DNA of 34,756 bases from contig JAVXWK010000912.1 in the NCBI GenBank assembly GCA_032230575.1, positions 1 to 34,756 of the forward strand, in the 5' to 3' direction. Both the position numbers and the translations under genes were made by a program. This DNA comes from Pseudonocardiales bacterium (GTDB lineage: Bacteria > Actinomycetota > Actinomycetes > Mycobacteriales > Pseudonocardiaceae). Below, one piece after another: positions 22,405 to 31,269 of this stretch. The notes beneath the pieces were generated by a model. That model did not search any database, had not been told where the DNA came from, and saw only the letters and a program-made list of their open reading frames with translations. Position 1 is the first letter of the stretch. Each line of letters opens with the position of its first letter.

Positions 22405-24690
22405 ATGAGCAGCAAGCCCCCGCAGCACGACGTCGACGAGTCCGCGCTCGAAGTCAGCACTCCCAAGACATGGGCGGCGGGCATTCCCGGCGTGCTCGTG
22501 TCGCTCGACCGGGCGGTCGAGCAGATGGGTGTCAGCCGGACCGTCAAGACGTTGCGCCTGCTCAACCAGCGTGAAGGTTTCGACTGTCCCGGTTGTGCGT
22601 GGCCGGAGCCGCAGGGCCACCGCAAGATGGCGGAGTTCTGCGAGAACGGTGCCAAGGCCGTCGCCGAGGAAGCCACCAAGCGGCGGATCGGGCCGGCGTT
22701 CTTCGCCGAGCACTCGATCGAGAGCCTCAGGACCAGGACCGACTACTGGCTCGGGCAGCAAGGTCGTCTCACCGAGCCGATGGTGCTCAAGCCCGGCGCC
22801 ACGCACTACACGCCGATCGGCTGGGACGCCGCGTTCACGATGATCGCGGAAGAGCTGAACGCCCTGTCGTCACCCGATGAGGCGATCTTCTACACGTCCG
22901 GCCGCACCAGCAACGAGGCCGCGTTCCTCTACCAGCTGCTGGTCCGCTCGTTCGGCACCAACAACCTGCCGGACTGCTCGAACATGTGCCACGAGTCGTC
23001 GGGCGCCGCGCTCAACGAGACCATCGGCATCGGCAAGGGCTCGGTGTCGATCAAGGACTTCGAGCTCGCCGACCTGATCGTGGTCGTCGGCCAGAACCCC
23101 GGCACGAACCACCCGCGCATGCTCGGCGCGTTGGAAGACGCGAAGAAGAACGGCGCGAAGATCATCGCCGTGAACCCGCTGCCAGAGGCCGGGCTGATGC
23201 GGTTCAAGAACCCGCAGAACGTCGCGGGCGTCATCGGCCGCGGCACCGCGCTGTGCGACGAGTTCGTGCAGATCAAGGTCGGCGGCGACCAGGCGCTGTT
23301 CCAGGCGATCGGCCACCTGGTCCTGCAGTGGGACAAGGCCGACAAGAACTTCGTCGACACCAAGACGCACGGCTTCGAGGCCTACGCCGAGCACGTCAAA
23401 GAGCTCGACTGGGACCGCGTGCTCACCGCGACCGGCCTCACCCGCGAGCAGATCACCCGCGTGGCCGGCATGTTCGTCGACTCGAAAGCCACGATCGCTT
23501 GCTGGGCAATGGGTCTGACGCAGCACAAGCACAGCGTGCCGACGATCCGCGAGGTCGCGAACGTCATGTTCCTGCGCGGCATGATCGGCAAGCCCGGCGC
23601 CGGCCTCTGCCCCGTGCGCGGCCACTCGAACGTGCAGGGCGACCGCACGATGGGCATCTACGAGAAGATGCCGGAGAAGTTCCTGCTGGCGCTGGAGAAC
23701 GAGTTCAGCATCTCCGTACCGCGCAAGCACGGCTTCGACACCGTGGACGCCATCAACGCCATGCGTCACGGCCGCGGCAAGGTGTTCATCGCGATGGGCG
23801 GCAACTTCGTCAGCGCCACCCCGGACACCCCGGTGACCGAGAAGTCGCTGGAGCAGTGCTCGTTGACCGTGCACGTCTCCACGAAGCTCAACCGCTCGCA
23901 CGTGGTCCACGGCAAGACCGCGCTGATCCTGCCTGCCTTGGGACGCACCGAAAGCGACGTGCAGCACTCGGGCGAGCAGTTCGTCACGGTCGAGGACTCG
24001 ATGTCGGTCGTGCACCGCTCACGCGGCCGGTTGAAGCCCGCGTCGGACCAGCTGCTGTCCGAGGTGTCGATCGTCTGCCGCCTGGCACGCAAGACGCTCG
24101 GCTCGTCGCATCCTGTCGCGTGGGAACAGTTCGAGAAGGACTACGACATCATCCGCGAGCACATCTCGCGCGTGGTGCCGGGCTGCACCGACTACAACAC
24201 GCGCGTGCGCCAGCCCGACGGTTTCGTGCTGCCCCACCCGCCGCGCGACTCGCAGGAGTTCGCGACGGCGACCGGCAAGGCGAACTTCACGGCGAACGAG
24301 ATGACCGTGCTGGAGGTGCCGGAAGGCCGCCTGGTGATGCAGACCCTGCGCAGCCACGACCAGTACAACACCACGATCTACGGCCTGGACGACCGCTACC
24401 GCGGCGTGAAGGACGGCCGGCGCGTGGTGTTCGTGAACCCCGATGACATCAAGGACCTGGGGTTCGAGGACGGTCAGATGGTGAACATCATCTCGGAGTG
24501 GAAGGACGACCCGACGGGCGTGGTGGAACGCCGCGCCGAGTCGTTCCGGATCGTCTCCTACTCGACCGCGCGGGGGTGCGTGGCCACGTACTTCCCCGAG
24601 GCGAACCCCTTGATCCCGCTGGACTCCAAGGCGGACACCTCGGGCACGCCGACCTCCAAGTCCGTGATCGTGCGCCTGGAAGCTATTTGA
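22405..24690 (+). CDS. fdhF: FdhF/YdeP family molybdopterin oxidoreductase (formate dehydrogenase H-like)
   Basis: GFDCPGCAW, EFCENGAKA, YTSGRTSNEAA, LPDCSNMCHESS, RGHSNVQGDRT, RSHDQYNTTIYG. Confidence 0.92.
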   Translation: MSSKPPQHDVDESALEVSTPKTWAAGIPGVLVSLDRAVEQMGVSRTVKTLRLLNQREGFDCPGCAWPEPQGHRKMAEFCENGAKAVAEEATKRRIGPAFFAEHSIESLRTRTDYWLGQQGRLTEPMVLKPGATHYTPIGWDAAFTMIAEELNALSSPDEAIFYTSGRTSNEAAFLYQLLVRSFGTNNLPDCSNMCHESSGAALNETIGIGKGSVSIKDFELADLIVVVGQNPGTNHPRMLGALEDAKKNGAKIIAVNPLPEAGLMRFKNPQNVAGVIGRGTALCDEFVQIKVGGDQALFQAIGHLVLQWDKADKNFVDTKTHGFEAYAEHVKELDWDRVLTATGLTREQITRVAGMFVDSKATIACWAMGLTQHKHSVPTIREVANVMFLRGMIGKPGAGLCPVRGHSNVQGDRTMGIYEKMPEKFLLALENEFSISVPRKHGFDTVDAINAMRHGRGKVFIAMGGNFVSATPDTPVTEKSLEQCSLTVHVSTKLNRSHVVHGKTALILPALGRTESDVQHSGEQFVTVEDSMSVVHRSRGRLKPASDQLLSEVSIVCRLARKTLGSSHPVAWEQFEKDYDIIREHISRVVPGCTDYNTRVRQPDGFVLPHPPRDSQEFATATGKANFTANEMTVLEVPEGRLVMQTLRSHDQYNTTIYGLDDRYRGVKDGRRVVFVNPDDIKDLGFEDGQMVNIISEWKDDPTGVVERRAESFRIVSYSTARGCVATYFPEANPLIPLDSKADTSGTPTSKSVIVRLEAI

Positions 24691-26875
24691 CCATGACGCT
24701 GTAGTTGCTGGCACCGCCGTTGGGCCCGAGTTGCACCTCGCCTGCCGGGAAACCCTTGGCGTACAGGCGGAAGGTCTTCGGGGACCCTTCGCTGTTGACC
24801 AGCTGCAGGCCGCTGTCCAGCCACAACGCGTCCATCCACGGGCGCTTGCCGAGCCGCGTGTCGACCGCGACGTAGACCACCGCGTCGCGGTTGATCGTGA
24901 AGCGCGCCAACGGGTTCTGCGTCGCCGACTTCGAGTCGTTGGCGGTGCGGACCCACTGCGAGCCCGCGACCTCGGCCGGCACCGAGCTGAACGTGAAGTC
25001 GCGGTCACCGTACTGCGCGACACCGGTGCGCAGGTTCGACTGCAACGACCAGTCGCCCGCGTTCCCGGTGTCGGCCACGGACAACGCGCTCAGCACCAGC
25101 TCGTCCGGCGCGTCACCGACGGTCAGCCGGGCGGTCGCGGACTTCGTGATCGACCCCGCCGTGCCCGTCACCGTGATGTCGGACGTGCCCTGCGGAGTGT
25201 CCGGCAGGGTCGCGACGGTCATCGTGGCGGTGTCACCGGGGTTGACGGTGGACGGGTTGAACTGGACCACCGCGCCGGGCGGGATGTTCTCCGCGTCCAG
25301 CGCGATCGGGCCGGGTGAGCCCGTGGCGGTCGTGCGGATCGCGTAGGACGCGGTCTCACCGGGCTGGATCGTCCGCGCGGCCGGATCGACTGCCAGGCTG
25401 AAGTCGTTGCCGACACCGCACTTCTCGGTCGACGACGTGTTCTGGACGCGCGGTGAACCGGAGTTGCGCACGCAGAACCCGTTGGTGTTGCGGAAGAGGA
25501 AGTCCGTCGGGCTGTTCGTGCCGCGCTCGAAGCCGAACGTGTCGAACGTGATGTCGGTCGAGTTGTCGGTGATCACGGCGGGCCGGCCGTCGTTGTTCGT
25601 GAACGACACCCCGCTGCCGTTCAGGAACTTGATGCGGTCGGCGTAGCGGATGTACCAGCCGTACGCGGGCCGCGTGCCGATGCTGTTCGGGTTGTAGTTG
25701 GTGCGGTCGTTGCTCGGCGGGTTGGTCGACATGGTGCCGCTGCCACCGGGCACGTTGATCTTGACGTTGTTGAACGTCACGTCGGTGACGTGGCCGTCGA
25801 CGTCACCCATGATCGTCGGGCTGAACCCGCCCGAGGCGCCGTTGAGCGTGATGTTGTCGTAGGTGATGTTCTTGACCGTGCCGACGCCGGGGTTGTTCCC
25901 GCACCGTTTTCGCGCCCCGACCTTGATCATGATCGGCGACTTCACGTTGCTGACGGTGATGTCCTTGTAGTGCACGTCGGAGATGACCGCGCCGTCCATC
26001 GACACCAGCCCGAGCCCGGACTTGTTGGAGCCCTTGATGTCGATGCGCTGGAAGTCGTAGCCGGTGAAGTCACCGCACGTCTCCGAACCGAACATCAGGG
26101 CGTTGCAACAGCCCGCGCTGAGCTTCGAGTCGTAGACCTTCACGTTGCCGTTCGGCAGCTTCTGCCCGAGCGCGTAGTCGCTCTTGAACACCAGCGCGTC
26201 GTCGTTGCCGGCGAAGGTGCCGTTGGTGATCGTGACGTTGGTGGTGCTGATGATGTTCCAGCCGTCGCGGTCGCTCGCGGTGTCGACGTTCAGCCGGTCG
26301 GACACGACGTTCTTGCAGCCGTTGATCAGCATCGCGAAGTGCCCGCCGCGCCGCAGCTTGATGCCGCTCACGGTGAGGTTCTCGCAGCGGGTCAACGAGA
26401 TGATCTTGTCGGCCTGACCGCTGCCCGGGTTGCCGGTGATCAGCGCGCCGCCGCCGTCGATGGTGCCGGCGCCGACGAAGCCGATGTTGGTCAGCCGGTC
26501 GCCCCAGATCATGGCGTTGTGGAAGTGGCTGTGCCCGTAGTCCTGGTACTTGTCGTTGGGGTTCGGCTCGGGCTTGTCGTAGCCGCTGCCGCTCGCGCCC
26601 ATGACCGTGGCGCCCGCGTCGAGCTGCAGCGTCACGTTGCTCTTCATGTGGATCGAGTTGGGCGAGCGGTAGGTGCCGGACGGGAACCTCACCGTGCCGC
26701 CGCCCGCGCCGTTCGCCGCCGTGATCGCCTTGTCGATGGCCGCCGTGTCGTTGGCGCTGCCGTTGCCGACCGCCCCGTAGTCCTTGACGTTGAACTCCGC
26801 CGCTTGAGCGGGTTCCGCGAGCACTGCCATAGCCAACAGTGCCGCAGTAGCCGCCGTGCCGAGTCTCCGTAACAC
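24683..26875 (-). CDS. Secreted GH28-like / pectate-lyase-fold glycoside hydrolase with C-terminal accessory modules
   Basis: Signal peptide ending AQA; FNVKDYGAVGNG, DRDG, GNDDA, FGSET and Asn-rich beta-helix repeats, then an Ig-like DFSLAVDP...ARLTV module and a further domain; GAGGGGAG RBS. Confidence 0.85.
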   Translation of the reverse strand: MLRRLGTAATAALLAMAVLAEPAQAAEFNVKDYGAVGNGSANDTAAIDKAITAANGAGGGTVRFPSGTYRSPNSIHMKSNVTLQLDAGATVMGASGSGYDKPEPNPNDKYQDYGHSHFHNAMIWGDRLTNIGFVGAGTIDGGGALITGNPGSGQADKIISLTRCENLTVSGIKLRRGGHFAMLINGCKNVVSDRLNVDTASDRDGWNIISTTNVTITNGTFAGNDDALVFKSDYALGQKLPNGNVKVYDSKLSAGCCNALMFGSETCGDFTGYDFQRIDIKGSNKSGLGLVSMDGAVISDVHYKDITVSNVKSPIMIKVGARKRCGNNPGVGTVKNITYDNITLNGASGGFSPTIMGDVDGHVTDVTFNNVKINVPGGSGTMSTNPPSNDRTNYNPNSIGTRPAYGWYIRYADRIKFLNGSGVSFTNNDGRPAVITDNSTDITFDTFGFERGTNSPTDFLFRNTNGFCVRNSGSPRVQNTSSTEKCGVGNDFSLAVDPAARTIQPGETASYAIRTTATGSPGPIALDAENIPPGAVVQFNPSTVNPGDTATMTVATLPDTPQGTSDITVTGTAGSITKSATARLTVGDAPDELVLSALSVADTGNAGDWSLQSNLRTGVAQYGDRDFTFSSVPAEVAGSQWVRTANDSKSATQNPLARFTINRDAVVYVAVDTRLGKRPWMDALWLDSGLQLVNSEGSPKTFRLYAKGFPAGEVQLGPNGGASNYSVMVK

Positions 26876-26908
26876 CGATGTTCTCCCCTCGGTCGAGGTG
26901 AAACGTGG

Positions 26909-26922
26909 TGAAAACCTTTACA
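26909..26922. promoter_or_regulatory. Candidate LacI-family operator upstream of the GH28-like gene
   Basis: TGAAAACCTTTACA, imperfect 14-bp palindrome resembling the TGWAANCGNTNWCA LacI-family pattern. Confidence 0.45.
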
Positions 26923-26941
26923 GCGGCGGCGAGTCCACACG

Positions 26942-27121
26942 CTACGCCGGTCGAACGCGACCGAACAGCCTCCAGCGGCGGCGCCCTGACGCGAGCACTC
27001 CTCCACCCGCCTTGCGAGCGGGCTCCTCAGGTGCGCGAACGAGTCGGCGCGCCTGCGCGTCGGACTCAAGTTCGAGCTGCCTCATCTTCGCGATAGCAAA
27101 CGCCTGGTCGTGCGACAGCAT
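26942..27121 (-). CDS. Small hypothetical protein (59 aa), not in the ORF track
   Basis: ATG 27121 with GAGGGG RBS, 23 nt after the regulator stop: MLSHDQAFAIAKMRQLELESDAQARRLVRAPEEPARKAGGGVLASGRRRWRLFGRVRPA, TAG at 26942-26944. Confidence 0.7.
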   Translation of the reverse strand: MLSHDQAFAIAKMRQLELESDAQARRLVRAPEEPARKAGGGVLASGRRRWRLFGRVRPA

Positions 27122-27144
27122 GACAATCCCCTCAGCTTCGTCAG

Positions 27145-27702
27145 TCAGTCGGTTGCGACGGTGGTGCCCAGGAAGAAGCGCACGGCACGGGCGCCCTCAG
27201 GACGCAGGGACGGATCGTCCATGCGCTCGTTGTACTTGCGCAGCAACGCCTGCAGCTCGTTCAGGTACTCGGTGAGCTCCTCGGCGGTCAGGAACTTGGT
27301 GCTGCCGTCCGTGCCGACCGAGTCGCGCCACTCCCACGGCAGCAACTTGCGAGCGACCAGCCGTTCGCGCAGGCGCTCGAACTCCTGCTCCAGGTAGGCC
27401 AGCGCGGCCGTCTCGGCAGCCATCGCGCCTTCGGGATCGAGCCCGTCCGGCGAGATCGACTGACGCACCTTCGTGATGCGCCACGGCTTCTGCCTGCCAG
27501 GACCTGCTACTTCCTCCACGAAGCCGTACTTGGCCAGCATGTTCAGGTGGTAGGAGCAGCTCGCCACGCTCTCGTCGAGCTTCTCCGAGCACTGCGTGGC
27601 GGTCAGCGGACCGCGCTCAGTCAGCAGGTTGAGCAGCTTCCACCGGAACGGGTGCGAGAGCGCTCGCAGTGCCTTGGGATCACGAACGCGCGGATCGGTC
27701 AT
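27145..27702 (-). CDS. ArsR/HTH_20-type winged-helix transcriptional regulator
   Basis: ALRALSHPFRWKLL, TATQCSEKLDESVASCSYHLNMLAKYGFVEE, RQKPWR, LTAEEL. Confidence 0.88.
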   Translation of the reverse strand: MTDPRVRDPKALRALSHPFRWKLLNLLTERGPLTATQCSEKLDESVASCSYHLNMLAKYGFVEEVAGPGRQKPWRITKVRQSISPDGLDPEGAMAAETAALAYLEQEFERLRERLVARKLLPWEWRDSVGTDGSTKFLTAEELTEYLNELQALLRKYNERMDDPSLRPEGARAVRFFLGTTVATD

Positions 27703-27718
27703 GACACCACCGTACGTG

Positions 27719-27750
27719 TATCAATAAACCTTTAGCAAGGTTCCTTGATA
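27719..27750. promoter_or_regulatory. AT-rich palindromic operator between the divergent regulator and DUF2238 genes
   Basis: TATCAA-ta-AACCTT-tagc-AAGGTT-cc-TTGATA, 4 nt from a TACGGT -10 (minus, 27709-27714); followed by TGATATA repeats. Confidence 0.65.
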
Positions 27751-27775
27751 TATAAATCCTGATATAAAACCGCCC

Positions 27776-28381
27776 ATGATCGGCCAAGCTGTGCGCATGA
27801 CTCGGGGGCAGCTGTGGCTGTTGGGAGCGTTCGGGGTGCTGGTCGCGGTGACGTGGCTCAACCCGCCGTGGCCGGCAGAGCACGCGTTGCACAGCTCGTT
27901 GACGGCCGTGGCACTCGTCGCGCTGGTGTTGCTGCGCAAGCGCCTGGACACCGCGCAGTGGGCGTGGGCGCTGCTCTTCCTGGCGCTGCACACGATCGCG
28001 GCGCGCTGGATCTACTCGTTCGTGCCGTACGACGACTGGACGGACGCGCTGTTCGGCGTGCGGCTGTCGGAGGCGTTCTCCTGGGAGCGCAACCACTTCG
28101 ACCGGCTCGTGCACTTCGCGTACGGCGTGTGCCTGACCGCGATGCTGCGGCTGAAGTTGTTGCGCTCACTGGAGATCGTGCTGGCGACCAGCGCGGCCTA
28201 CGAGTTGCTGGAGTGGGCGATCGCGATGACACTCGCCCCTCAGGTCGCCGAGGCCTACAACGGCCAGCAGGGCGACATGTGGGACGCCCACGCGGACATG
28301 GCGCTGGCCGCGCTGGGGGCACTCGTCACCAGTCTGGTGAGTTACGCGCGACGGCGGTCACCAGCGGCAACGACTCGATGA
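27776..28381 (+). CDS. DUF2238 (YjdF-like) membrane protein
   Basis: LHTIAARWIYSFVP, RNHFDRLVHFAYG, SAAYELLEW, YNGQQGDMWDAHADM; start may be ATG 27797. Confidence 0.88.
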   Translation: MIGQAVRMTRGQLWLLGAFGVLVAVTWLNPPWPAEHALHSSLTAVALVALVLLRKRLDTAQWAWALLFLALHTIAARWIYSFVPYDDWTDALFGVRLSEAFSWERNHFDRLVHFAYGVCLTAMLRLKLLRSLEIVLATSAAYELLEWAIAMTLAPQVAEAYNGQQGDMWDAHADMALAALGALVTSLVSYARRRSPAATTR

Positions 28382-28817
28382 CCGGTACCCGCAACAGTTC
28401 GGCGGGCACGTCCGGATCACGCACCGGCTCGATGAGCTCCCGCAGCAACGCGCCCACGACGTCGTCCGCTGCCTGGTCGACCTCGTGGATGAGGTCGCGC
28501 AACTGGTCCGCCGCGTCGTTGAGCACCCGTGGCCGCTGCGGCTCCTCCAGCATCAACGCCGCGAGCCGCAGCACCCGGCGGCACGTGCGCAGCCTCAGGC
28601 TCCTGCTCGCGGACTCCCGTGCGCCCGCGAGGCCCAGCCTGCCGCGGGTGCGGTCGATCCACGGCTCAACCGTCTCGCGCCGCCAGATCGGGCCGGACGC
28701 CAGCTCCGCGTCCGGCTCGGGAATGCCGTGCGAGCGCCGCTTTCGCCACACCGCCACCAGTTGCCGACTGAGCCCCATGGCGTCGGCGATCTCCGCGATC
28801 CCGTAGAAGTCCCCCAC
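28326..28817 (-). CDS. Putative DNA-binding protein, MerR/excisionase(AlpA)-like N-terminal HTH plus helical C-terminus
   Basis: YGIAEIADAMGLSRQLVAVWRKR...PEPDAELASGPIWRRETVEPWI; TACAGT -10 lies 7 nt before the GTG. Confidence 0.78.
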   Translation of the reverse strand: MGDFYGIAEIADAMGLSRQLVAVWRKRRSHGIPEPDAELASGPIWRRETVEPWIDRTRGRLGLAGARESASRSLRLRTCRRVLRLAALMLEEPQRPRVLNDAADQLRDLIHEVDQAADDVVGALLRELIEPVRDPDVPAELLRVPVIESLPLVTAVARNSPDW

Positions 28818-28836
28818 GCCGCATACTGTAACCAGA

Positions 28837-28855
28837 GATGACGGATGATGTCATC
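28837..28855. promoter_or_regulatory. Inverted repeat in the promoter spacer of the HTH gene
   Basis: GATGAC-N7-GTCATC directly upstream of the TACAGT -10 (minus, 28825-28830). Confidence 0.45.
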
Positions 28856-28862
28856 AAAAATT

Positions 28863-30377
28863 TCAGATGCGTTCGAGAACTGCCTTCGCCGCGTTGTGGC
28901 CGCCGATGCCGCTGACCCCGCCGCCGCGCCGGGAGCCCGCCCCGCAGACGAAGACGTTGTCCACGTCCGTCTCGACGCCCCACCTGCCGACCTCGTCGTC
29001 GCTCTCCGCGAACGGCCAGTCGAGTTCTCCGTGGAAGATGTTGCCACCCGGCAGTCCGAGCTCCTCCTCCAGGTCCAGTGGGGTGCGGGCCTCGATGCAC
29101 GGCTTGCCGTTCGCGTCGGTCGCGAGGCACTCCTGGATCGGCTCGACGAGGTGGGCGTTGAGCTGGTCGAGGTAGCGCCGCACCAGCTCGTCGCGCAGCT
29201 CGGAGTTGCGGCCCTCGAACAACGACGCGGGCAGGTGCAGGCCGAACAACGTCAACGTCTCGTGGCCCGCGAGCGACGGCCCGAGGATCGACGGGTCGGT
29301 CAGCGAGTGGCAGTACATCTCTCCCGGCAGCACCGACGGCACCTGACCCGCGACACTCTCCAGGTAAGCGGTCTCCAGCTGGTCGTAGGACTCGTCGAGG
29401 TGGAACGTGCCGGCGAACGCGAGCCGCGCGTCGACCCCGGACTTCAGCTCGGGCAGCTTCCGCAGCAGCATGTTGATCTTCAGCTGGCAGCCAGGCGCGT
29501 CGTGCACTTCCTTGCCCTGCAACCGTCCCAGCACCGAGGGCGCCACATTGGACAGCACGAACCGCGCCTCGGCAGTCTCGTCCCCGTACGTCACCGACGC
29601 GGTCTTGCCGTCGGACTCGATCGCGGTGACCTCGGCGCCGGTGACGATCTCCGCACCGGCCTCGCGCGCGACGCGTTCCAGCTCGGCCGTCACCGCGCCC
29701 ATGCCGCCGACCGGCACCTTCCACTCACCCGTGCCGTTGCCGACGATGTGGTAGAGGAAGCACTTGTTGGCACGCAACGAATGCAGCGACGAGTGCGTGC
29801 CGATCAACGCGTCCGTGGCGACGACACCGCGCACCAGGTTGTTGTCGAACAACTCCTGCAGCGTCGCGCCGATAGGGCGTTCGAAGACCTGGTCCCACAG
29901 CCGCCCGCGCACCACCGCGTCGACGTGCACGCGCAGGTGGTCCCGTGACACCAGCGGTTCCAGCAGGGTCGGCGCCAGCGCCTGGGCCATCAGCTCCAGG
30001 TCGGCGTACCAGCGCTGCCACCGCTCCCAGTCGTCGAGCGACCCGCAGACGGCCTCGAACGACCTCAGGGTCGCGTCGCCGGGCTCGCGTTCGACCAGCA
30101 GCCCGGACTTGCCGTTGGGGGTGTAGCTCGACGCCGAACGAGACCGCAAAGTCAGGTTCAGGCCCAGATCTTCGGCGATCTGGTCCGGTAGGAGGCTGAC
30201 CAGGTAGGAGAAGCGCGAGAGCCTGGCGTCGACGCCCTCCCACGGTGACGCGCTGACCGCCGCTCCGCCGACGTGCGGCAGCTTCTCCAGCACCTTGACC
30301 GACTTCCCCGCCCGTGCGAGGTACGCGGCCGCCACCAGCCCGTTGTGCCCGCCCCCCACGATCACGACGTCGTCCAT
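28863..30377 (-). CDS. Phytoene desaturase family FAD-dependent oxidoreductase (504 aa)
   Basis: MDDVVIVGGGHNGLVAAAYLA dinucleotide fold, GGMGAV, TPLDLEE, GGNIFHG, GGGVSGIGGHNAA; real start is ATG 30377. Substrate unknown. Confidence 0.88.
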   Translation of the reverse strand: MDDVVIVGGGHNGLVAAAYLARAGKSVKVLEKLPHVGGAAVSASPWEGVDARLSRFSYLVSLLPDQIAEDLGLNLTLRSRSASSYTPNGKSGLLVEREPGDATLRSFEAVCGSLDDWERWQRWYADLELMAQALAPTLLEPLVSRDHLRVHVDAVVRGRLWDQVFERPIGATLQELFDNNLVRGVVATDALIGTHSSLHSLRANKCFLYHIVGNGTGEWKVPVGGMGAVTAELERVAREAGAEIVTGAEVTAIESDGKTASVTYGDETAEARFVLSNVAPSVLGRLQGKEVHDAPGCQLKINMLLRKLPELKSGVDARLAFAGTFHLDESYDQLETAYLESVAGQVPSVLPGEMYCHSLTDPSILGPSLAGHETLTLFGLHLPASLFEGRNSELRDELVRRYLDQLNAHLVEPIQECLATDANGKPCIEARTPLDLEEELGLPGGNIFHGELDWPFAESDDEVGRWGVETDVDNVFVCGAGSRRGGGVSGIGGHNAAKAVLERI

Positions 30378-30441
30378 GCCCCGGAATCCCTCCCACGTAG
30401 CCTGGTCGTGGGGAAGATAGCGGTCCGAAGGAGATGTGCAC

Positions 30442-31269
30442 ATGGGCCGAGTGACGGTTCGCCGAGCGGTCGAACGCGTGTCGCCGAACGGTCGGCGGCG
30501 CCGGGTGGACGCCCTGGCCGCCGAGGAACCGCTGGAGCTGAGGGTCGACGGCAAGGCGTTGGCCGTCACGATGCGCACCCCCGGCCAGGACGTCGAGCTC
30601 GCGCACGGCTTCCTGCTCAGCGAGGGTGTGATCGGGTCAGCCGAGGACATCTCGATCGCCCGGTTCTGCGAGGGTACCGGGCCGGACGGGATGAACACCT
30701 ACAACGTGCTGGACATCGCGCTGGCCGAGGGCGTGCCGCCGCCGGACACCGGGGTGGAGCGGAACTTCTACACCACCTCATCGTGTGGCGTGTGCGGCAA
30801 AGCAGCGCTCGATGCGGTGAAGCTCAAGACCCGCTACTCCCCCGCGCTGGACGACGTCAGGGTCACTCCGGAGGCGCTGACGGGCTTCCCGGACGCGTTG
30901 CGGGAACGGCAGAAGGTCTTCGAGAGCACCGGCGGCCTGCACGCGGCGGGGCTGTTCGTGAACGGCGAGCTGCTGGTCGTGCGCGAGGACGTCGGGCGGC
31001 ACAACGCCGTGGACAAGGTGCTGGGCTGGGCGGTGCTGCAGAACCTGGTGCCGCTGACCGGCGCGGTGCTGATGGTGTCCGGGCGGGCGTCGTTCGAGCT
31101 CGTGCAGAAGGCCGCGATGGCCGGAATTCCGGTGCTGGCCGCGGTGTCCGCGCCGTCGTCGCTCGCCGTGGAGCTGGCGGAGGAGCAGGGCATGACGCTC
31201 GTCGGGTTCCTGCGCGGCGACTCGATGAACATCTACACCGGTGGGGAGCGCGTGCTTGAGACCGCTTGA
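30442..31269 (+). CDS. fdhD: Formate dehydrogenase accessory sulfurtransferase (275 aa)
   Basis: [50 protein letters not shown]; GAAGGAG RBS. Confidence 0.95.
   Translation: MGRVTVRRAVERVSPNGRRRRVDALAAEEPLELRVDGKALAVTMRTPGQDVELAHGFLLSEGVIGSAEDISIARFCEGTGPDGMNTYNVLDIALAEGVPPPDTGVERNFYTTSSCGVCGKAALDAVKLKTRYSPALDDVRVTPEALTGFPDALRERQKVFESTGGLHAAGLFVNGELLVVREDVGRHNAVDKVLGWAVLQNLVPLTGAVLMVSGRASFELVQKAAMAGIPVLAAVSAPSSLAVELAEEQGMTLVGFLRGDSMNIYTGGERVLETA

Noticed and set aside
22405-24690. Selenocysteine recoding in the FdhF-like gene
   Set aside because: No in-frame TGA; Cys occupies the ligand motif.
28863-30377. Carotenoid biosynthesis cluster
   Set aside because: No crtB/crtE/crtY neighbours; only the broad FAD oxidoreductase family can be supported.
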